Assembly: GCA_964475465.1 (NCBI GenBank)
Contig: CAYYXA010000068.1
Coordinates: 23,811-87,810 of the forward strand
Direction: 5' to 3'
DNA from: an uncultured Brevinematales bacterium
GTDB lineage: Bacteria; Spirochaetota; Brevinematia; DTOW01
Length of the DNA: 64,000 bases
Under the pieces are notes generated by a model, which worked only from the letters and a program-made list of their open reading frames with translations, had not been told where the DNA came from and did no database searches. Both the position numbers and the translations under genes were made by a program. Positions 57,842-64,000 of the stretch are shown here, piece after piece. Every line of letters begins with the position of its first letter. The stretch's first letter is position 1.

Positions 57842-59011
57842 TTAAGGGATTAAGTAGCCCTCTACCCTTTTTAATCTATCCGCCTCCTGAGAATTCAAGT
57901 GTATACCTCCATTTTTTACCTTCGTAAACCTATTAATTATACTTAAGGTTAGCAATTTTATTTCGTCAACATCAGATGAGGTATTGATCACCCAAAGTAA
58001 AACTGCACAAAGATTCTTTATTTTAGCATCGAAGTAGTTCTTAGTTAGAATGTTTTTCATTATTTCCTCTGCCTTTAGTAAATTACCTTCAAAAATTGAA
58101 ATGACAGCCTGCGAAAATTGCCTGAAAGGTTCATCCAGGTATATAACCATATTCTTAGCAGATTGTAAGTCTGATTTATTGAGAAATAAAACAAAAACAA
58201 CCCTAGCATTAACTCCTATGATCCTTAGTTCCCTTGCTTCCGCTAAAGCACCGTCTATATCCCCCAGCATAGCCAAAGATTTAATTCTAATAACTCTAGC
58301 ACTCATGGTATCAGCACTAGAAACCAATTCTAAAGCTTCACCAGGTCTACCCACATCAACCAAAGCATTTGCTACTATCTCTTTCTGAAACTCAACGAAA
58401 CTCAAATAATTCCTGTAGGTATAGTAAATAACTAAAATTTCTTCACTCATTTTGTAATAATCTAACTTTTGTAACAATGAATCAACAATATCGGAATACA
58501 CTTCTTTAAACTCGTTAGTCACCTTCACATTAGTAAGGAAAAACACAAGAGCATTGAGAGAGTTATTCAAAAGGCACATTCTCGAATAGTTAATCAATAC
58601 GTTCCTTGATATTTCTTTCGTAGCTATGTATCTTCCTACTTCACCAATTAGCTTCTCATCTTTGCCAATAGTTAAAATGAGCTGAGAAATATTTGGTGAA
58701 GGAATATCTAAAAACCTATAGATATCGTCAATTAGGCCGTCTTTACCAAGAGAGTAAGAAAGCTTAACCTTTTCAATTAGAATCGTTTCGCTATTAGTAA
58801 GCTTAGAAAGCTTATAAACTATATCGTAAAGTTCTTGGTACTTACCGTTAGAGTAAAATTCAGCAACTATACTATCAAATGTTCTCCTCCCACTTAAGAT
58901 ATCCTCAACATAATCAGAAAAACAAAAACCTGTAGCCAAAAGAATCATTAATACTGGGAAAACCAATCTCAAAACCATCAAGCAATATATTACTATCTTC
59001 AGTAGCCCCAA
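57842..59011 (-). CDS. Exported hypothetical helical-repeat (TPR-like) protein
   Basis: Hydrophobic N-terminal signal and TPR-like segments (NALVDVGRPGEALELV, SLAMLGDIDGALAEA). Confidence 0.7.
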   Translation of the reverse strand: MGLLKIVIYCLMVLRLVFPVLMILLATGFCFSDYVEDILSGRRTFDSIVAEFYSNGKYQELYDIVYKLSKLTNSETILIEKVKLSYSLGKDGLIDDIYRFLDIPSPNISQLILTIGKDEKLIGEVGRYIATKEISRNVLINYSRMCLLNNSLNALVFFLTNVKVTNEFKEVYSDIVDSLLQKLDYYKMSEEILVIYYTYRNYLSFVEFQKEIVANALVDVGRPGEALELVSSADTMSARVIRIKSLAMLGDIDGALAEARELRIIGVNARVVFVLFLNKSDLQSAKNMVIYLDEPFRQFSQAVISIFEGNLLKAEEIMKNILTKNYFDAKIKNLCAVLLWVINTSSDVDEIKLLTLSIINRFTKVKNGGIHLNSQEADRLKRVEGYLIP

Positions 59012-59300
59012 CTCAAGAAAAAAATCTACTTACCTTAAGACTTATCTTCTAAATTCAACTAAGCGAACAATATTCGTATCCGAACTAAGCTTTATTAAAC
59101 AATAATGGATGACACCCCTATATGGTATAAAAAATTAACATTTCCACCTGAAGACGATTAAAGCACTTCTCAAACCAAAATAGATACCACCGAACACCTA
59201 ATAACTCCGTACCCAACGGCATTATTTTAATTGAATTCTTCAACAAGTCATTCCTCTCCTGAAGGTGAACTGTACATATTAAATTACTCATAATTTTCTT

Positions 59301-60170
59301 ATGAGGCCTCTAATAATAGGTGCTAGCGGACAGTTAGGAAACGAGTTTGTAAGGTACTTCAGTAATAAAGGTATTAATCCCATATGTACGACTTCGTCAG
59401 GGAAAAGTAATTTTTTTAGTTTAGACATCACGGACCTAAGGTCCGTGTTAGAATTTATTAATGAAATGAAACCTACGGTTGTTATTAATTGCTCGGCCTA
59501 CAACCTTGTTGACAAAGCTGAAGAAGACTGGCAAACAGCATTTTGCGTGAATGGCTTGGGGGTGAGGAATCTAGCAATCGCATGTCAAGAGCATAAAATA
59601 CCTCTTGTTCACTACTCAACCGACTATGTTTTTGACGGCACAAAAAAAGAACCTTACACAATAGCAGATAAAGAAAACCCATTGTCAAAGTACGGCCAAA
59701 GTAAAGTTCTAGGAGAACAATTTTTAAAGTCTCTTAATGATAGGTATATCCTAATAAGGGTAAGTTGGGTATTCGGCAAAAGCGAATATAGCACAAACTT
59801 TATAAAGAAATTTTTGAGTTGGGCAGGAAAAGGTGAAGTCAGAGTAGCAATCGATGAAATCTCAGCACCAACATACACCAATGATATTGTCAAAGTAACA
59901 ACGAAATTACTGGAAGTTGGGGCTTTCGGATTCTATCACCTCTCAAACGAAGGCGAATGCTCAAGGTTCGAATACGCAAAGTTTATAACCGAGACATTAA
60001 AGCTGAAGGTAAAACTCTACGAAGCACATCAAGAAGATTTTAATTTACCAGCTAAGAGGCCTAAATACTCAAAGTTAAGCAATTTCGGTATATACCAAAC
60101 CATTCGCTTTGAGGTTAGGCACTGGAAAGAAGCAGTTCTAGAATATCTAAATGAGGAGGGAATGTTATGA
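59301..60170 (+). CDS. rfbD: dTDP-4-dehydrorhamnose reductase
   Basis: IGASGQLG, NCSAYNLVDKAE, HYSTDYVFDG, YGQSK and RPKYS. Confidence 0.95.
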   Translation: MRPLIIGASGQLGNEFVRYFSNKGINPICTTSSGKSNFFSLDITDLRSVLEFINEMKPTVVINCSAYNLVDKAEEDWQTAFCVNGLGVRNLAIACQEHKIPLVHYSTDYVFDGTKKEPYTIADKENPLSKYGQSKVLGEQFLKSLNDRYILIRVSWVFGKSEYSTNFIKKFLSWAGKGEVRVAIDEISAPTYTNDIVKVTTKLLEVGAFGFYHLSNEGECSRFEYAKFITETLKLKVKLYEAHQEDFNLPAKRPKYSKLSNFGIYQTIRFEVRHWKEAVLEYLNEEGML

Positions 60171-61228
60171 GGCTATTGGTAACCGGATGCGCTGGATTCA
60201 TCGGATCAAACTTTGTTTACTACTACCTACGAAAATACAAAGATTCTCTCATAGTAGGCTTAGACAAACTGACATATGCCGGCAACCTTGAAAACCTATC
60301 AAAGCTAACAGAAGAAGAAAAAGAGAGATTTGTTTTCATAAGAGGTGATATAAACAACGCCGAGCTATTGAATTATATATTCGAAAAGTATGATATAGAT
60401 GTTGTTGTTAACTTTGCTGCAGAATCACACGTCGATAGGTCAATATTCGAGCCTCATGTATTCATAAAAACAAACATTCTCGGAGTACAATCTCTTCTTA
60501 GCGTAGCAATGGAATACTGGTTCAAAGGTGATAAATGGCTAGAAGGTAAGAAATTCATTCAAATCTCCACCGATGAAGTATACGGTTCACTAGGGCCGGA
60601 AGGATATTTCACGGAGAATACCCCATTAGATCCCCACAGCCCTTACTCTGCAAGTAAAGCAGGAGGCGACCTCATAGCAAAAGCATACTATGACACGTTT
60701 AAAATGCCTGTAATAATAACTAGATGCTCAAACAACTACGGACCTTACCAATTCCCCGAGAAACTCATACCACTCATGATATGGAACGCCCTTAATCACA
60801 AAGAACTACCTGTTTACGGAGATGGCAAAAACATAAGAGATTGGATATACGTTGAAGACCACTGTAAAGCTATTGACTTAGTAATAGAAAAAGGTAGAAT
60901 AGGAGAAGTTTACAACATAGGGGGACATAACGAAAGGGAAAACATATACGTTGTCAAAAAAATAATAGAGATTCTCAGAAGGAAAACGGGAGATGACAAA
61001 ATAAGTGAGGATTTAATAAGGTTTGTAAAAGATAGGCCAGGACATGACAGAAGATACGCAATGGACACAACAAAGATACAAACAGAACTCGGATGGAAAC
61101 ATACATATTCCTTTGAAGAAGGATTGGAGATAACCATTGACTGGTACTTAAATAACCTCAACTGGTTAAGAAACACAATATCCGGCGAATATCTAAAGTT
61201 CTACGAGAAAAACTACCTACAAAGATAA
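60167..61228 (+). CDS. rfbB: dTDP-glucose 4,6-dehydratase
   Basis: VTGCAGFIGSN, FAAESHVDRS, STDEVYG, PYSASKA, CSNNYGP and RPGHDRRY. Confidence 0.97.
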   Translation: MRLLVTGCAGFIGSNFVYYYLRKYKDSLIVGLDKLTYAGNLENLSKLTEEEKERFVFIRGDINNAELLNYIFEKYDIDVVVNFAAESHVDRSIFEPHVFIKTNILGVQSLLSVAMEYWFKGDKWLEGKKFIQISTDEVYGSLGPEGYFTENTPLDPHSPYSASKAGGDLIAKAYYDTFKMPVIITRCSNNYGPYQFPEKLIPLMIWNALNHKELPVYGDGKNIRDWIYVEDHCKAIDLVIEKGRIGEVYNIGGHNERENIYVVKKIIEILRRKTGDDKISEDLIRFVKDRPGHDRRYAMDTTKIQTELGWKHTYSFEEGLEITIDWYLNNLNWLRNTISGEYLKFYEKNYLQR

Positions 61229-61250
61229 CTTTAAGTTTTATAATTCTACC

Positions 61251-61910
61251 ATGACCAAAAATGAGAAATTAAATCTTCTTTACGAGACACATATTTACTG
61301 TATAACTGCTGAGGAATACTCTTTAGGTAGAAGCAATATAGAAGTTGTCAAAGAAATGCTGGAAGCAGGCATAAAAGTAGTACAGTACCGTGAAAAGAAG
61401 AAGAAAGGGCTATATAGATACCAAGAGGCAAAAGAGATAAGGAAAATAACAAAAGATTACGGTGCAATACTTATAATAGATGACTATGTTGATCTAGCTC
61501 TTTTAGTGGAAGCAGATGGTGTACATCTGGGGCACGAGGATTATCCCGTTAGCGAAGTCAGGAAATTAGTAGGAGAAGAAATGATAATAGGTGGTTCGAC
61601 ACATTGGCCTCATCAAATGTTTGAAATGATAAACTCAGGTGTTGACTATATTGGTGCCGGACCAATATTTGAAACCCACACAAAGGAAGACGTAATTCCT
61701 CCAGTTGGACTTGAATACTTAGATTTTGCACTTAAAAATTCCACAGTTCCAGTAGTAGCCATCGGCGGCATAAAGGAACATAACCTAAGGGAAGTAATAA
61801 AGAGAGGAGCAAAATGTGCTTGCTTGGTTACAGAAATAGTAGGTGCTCCTGACATAAAAGCCAAAATAAAAAGGCTTATGGAAATATGGGAAGAAGAAAC
61901 TAGAACCTAA
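61251..61910 (+). CDS. thiE: Thiamine-phosphate synthase
   Basis: VVQYREK, ADGVHLG, IGGSTH, DYIGAGPIFETHTK and VAIGGI. Confidence 0.95.
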   Translation: MTKNEKLNLLYETHIYCITAEEYSLGRSNIEVVKEMLEAGIKVVQYREKKKKGLYRYQEAKEIRKITKDYGAILIIDDYVDLALLVEADGVHLGHEDYPVSEVRKLVGEEMIIGGSTHWPHQMFEMINSGVDYIGAGPIFETHTKEDVIPPVGLEYLDFALKNSTVPVVAIGGIKEHNLREVIKRGAKCACLVTEIVGAPDIKAKIKRLMEIWEEETRT

Positions 61911-62946
61911 CCTCTCCTGACAACACAACTTTATAAAACTGCTGAACCTGACTACTCCTAGTATTCATGAAAACAAACAAAGGCGTGATATTCAAGCTAA
62001 CATTATTATCAAGGATTCCGATTACCGGACCTGCCCAAGCCTCAACATGAAGCTGGGTTACCGCCCCCGTGAGATCGTAAACATATATAAGTCCCTCAGC
62101 CCCCACAAGCAATTTATTCAAAAACCTCAATACACCTGTAAGCCTAAGATCAATATCAGATATATCACTAGATTTCATAAGTCCATTATAAAACTGCGGC
62201 TTAAGCATAATAGAAAATATCTGTTCCAATCCCCAGCTATTGTCAAAAGACGACACAGAAACTCTTTCCTCACCCAAAGCATAAATATTAGCAAAAGTTA
62301 CATTGATGTTTGTTAATGGTACTCCGTCTACTCCGAGAACAAAAACAGCGTTTACAGTCCTGAAAAGAGTTCTAAGCATCAAGCCTCCCCTTAAGTTCAC
62401 TTCAGAAATTCCAAAAAATCCAGATAAAAGAACATCTCTGTATAAACCTAAAATCTCAAGGTCAGCAGAAATACCACCTTCATTTGTCAAAACTGGCCTA
62501 TACACATATAGGTTCACATTAAGTTTCCTATCGAAGAAAGAAAAATCCAAGTCAATGCCAGTACCAGATATCCACCTCCAACCCTTGAACGAAAATTCTC
62601 TAGATGGATGATAAATATACCCTTGATACGTTGCCTCATAACCTACATATTTCCTCACACCATACCAAAAGTAAACATCGAGGAAATCAAAAGGTCTTGT
62701 AAAAAATTCTACTTTCTCCAAGCTCATTTGAACATCTTGGAAGTTACTCGAAGATGAAGGTGAAAAAACTATACCAGCTCCATACTTGTTTCCCCCATAA
62801 ATCGATAAAAGTATCTCAGAAAAAAACATAGTATGAGTAGGATATATGAAAGAAACGCTCTTGAAATTGTCAATAACTACAATTTCGCCCCATGAAAAAG
62901 AAACAATTGAAACTAAAACAAAAAAGATCAAAAACACTTTCTTCAT
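61900..62946 (-). CDS. Exported beta-rich hypothetical protein, possible outer-membrane beta-barrel
   Basis: Signal peptide MKKVFLIF...SFS, alternating aromatic/hydrophobic strands and a C-terminal Phe (GEVRF); GGAGG SD before ATG 62946. Confidence 0.65.
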   Translation of the reverse strand: MKKVFLIFFVLVSIVSFSWGEIVVIDNFKSVSFIYPTHTMFFSEILLSIYGGNKYGAGIVFSPSSSSNFQDVQMSLEKVEFFTRPFDFLDVYFWYGVRKYVGYEATYQGYIYHPSREFSFKGWRWISGTGIDLDFSFFDRKLNVNLYVYRPVLTNEGGISADLEILGLYRDVLLSGFFGISEVNLRGGLMLRTLFRTVNAVFVLGVDGVPLTNINVTFANIYALGEERVSVSSFDNSWGLEQIFSIMLKPQFYNGLMKSSDISDIDLRLTGVLRFLNKLLVGAEGLIYVYDLTGAVTQLHVEAWAGPVIGILDNNVSLNITPLFVFMNTRSSQVQQFYKVVLSGEVRF

Positions 62947-63044
62947 ACACCCTCCCATGATTATTATAATTCATATCTACCTAGTTTCAAAAAATAATTT
63001 CTTGCCTTTTCCAAGCAAGTCAGGATAAAATTTATAGAATTACC

Positions 63045-64000
63045 ATGAATCTGAATAAACTAAACAATTTCAAAGGTATAAATCTCCTAGACATAGCCAA
63101 TGAATACGGAACACCAATCTACGTATACAACCTAGACAAGATAAAAGAAAACTACCAAAGACTATTTAATTCTATTCCTTACGAAAACAAGAAAATACTT
63201 TTTGCTATGAAATCGAACTTTAACGCAGACATACTAAAGACACTTAGATACCTAAACTGCGGAATTGACGCTGTCTCAATTGAAGAAATATCTTTTGCGA
63301 TGGACCTAGGCTTTAAAAGTGAAGATATTCTTTTCACTGGTATAGGAATATCCAACGAAGATGTAAAGTACTGTATTTCCAGAGGTATAGTACCAAACGT
63401 AGGATCCATAGATTTACTAGAAAGGATTTCCCAGAATTACCCAGGTATAAGCATTAGCATTAGGATAAATCCTGATTTTGGGCATGGCCACCATGAACAT
63501 GTGATAACTGGCGGACCTCATAGCAAATTTGGAATATACGAATCATACCTTGAAGAAGTAAAAAGGATATCAGCGAAATACAAAGTAAACATCATCGGAA
63601 TACATTTCCATATAGGCTCAGGAATCCTTGATTTTGAACCTTATATAAAAGGTATTAAAAAAGCACTGGATATATCCAGAATTTTCAAAACTATTGAATT
63701 CGTAGATATCGGTGGAGGTATAGGAATACCATACAGGGAAAACGATAAAAACTTCGACTTAGAGAAATTCGGGGAATCCATATCAAAACTTATGAATGAG
63801 TTTTCAGAAGCTGAAGGTCGCAACGTAAAGCTCCTACTCGAACCTGGCAGATTCTTAGTAGCTGAAAGCGGTGTCCTACTAACTAAAGTTGTAGAGACTA
63901 AATATACTCCCCTTTACAAATTCGCAATAGTAAACACAGGGTTTAATCACTTAGCTAGGCCTGTGATGTATGGAAGCTACCACGAGATAATAAACATTTC
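63045..64000 (+). CDS. lysA: Diaminopimelate decarboxylase, partial (runs off the window end)
   Basis: Not in the ORF track. Hand translation gives YGTPIYVY, FAMKSN (PLP Lys), IRINP, SKFGI, HFHIGS, DIGGGIG and EPGRFLVA. Confidence 0.95.
   Translation, partial: MNLNKLNNFKGINLLDIANEYGTPIYVYNLDKIKENYQRLFNSIPYENKKILFAMKSNFNADILKTLRYLNCGIDAVSIEEISFAMDLGFKSEDILFTGIGISNEDVKYCISRGIVPNVGSIDLLERISQNYPGISISIRINPDFGHGHHEHVITGGPHSKFGIYESYLEEVKRISAKYKVNIIGIHFHIGSGILDFEPYIKGIKKALDISRIFKTIEFVDIGGGIGIPYRENDKNFDLEKFGESISKLMNEFSEAEGRNVKLLLEPGRFLVAESGVLLTKVVETKYTPLYKFAIVNTGFNHLARPVMYGSYHEIINI

Noticed and set aside
62959-63044. Lysine riboswitch upstream of lysA
   Set aside because: The divergent intergenic region is under 100 bp and AT-rich, too short for an L-box.
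1219-63823. Dozens of 60-190 aa ORFs in the track that lie antisense to, or in another frame inside, long genes (e.g. 1503-1877, 5087-5590, 25331-25777, 47665-48249, 49123-49659, 56542-57096)
   Set aside because: They are shadows of well-supported CDS, are Ser/Phe/Leu-rich as expected for antisense frames, and show no motifs or SD.
1-64000. Mobile elements, prophage, integrase at the tRNA, rRNA, tmRNA, RNase P or SRP RNA
   Set aside because: No transposase, integrase or phage motifs, no tRNA 3'-end duplication, and no signature sequences of these RNAs were seen.

Overview
About 64 kb of a low-GC (roughly one-third GC by eye), gene-dense bacterial chromosome with about 60 mostly housekeeping CDS and one tRNA-Arg(GCG). 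I saw no CRISPR array, transposase, integrase or prophage. Long spirochaete-type FliH, FlgM behind a sigma28-like promoter, spirochaete-style lipoprotein signals and Glu/Lys/Ile-rich proteins suggest a thermophilic spirochaete, possibly Brevinematia-like; this taxonomy is inferred, not tested. Gene order is heavily scrambled: an isolated rpsS-rplV-rpsC-rplP-rpmC block, orphan fliH and oppD, TolC plus adaptor without a pump, and rmlDB without rmlAC. Eight convergent gene pairs abut or overlap at their stop codons. The most interesting observations are: (1) a directional Thr-Asn (TN) enrichment in predicted exported proteins, including a 6-residue TN repeat and 'TNIS' in six unrelated proteins, which is a candidate sequon for an uncharacterised protein-modification system; (2) a class II LysRS with a 92-aa internal duplication of its OB-fold; (3) a STAS/anti-sigma kinase/clpC operon divergent from flgM; (4) a structured repeat element just downstream of lysS; (5) a 36-aa ORF coupled by ATGA overlaps on both sides. 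All counts are hand counts and no database searches were run.
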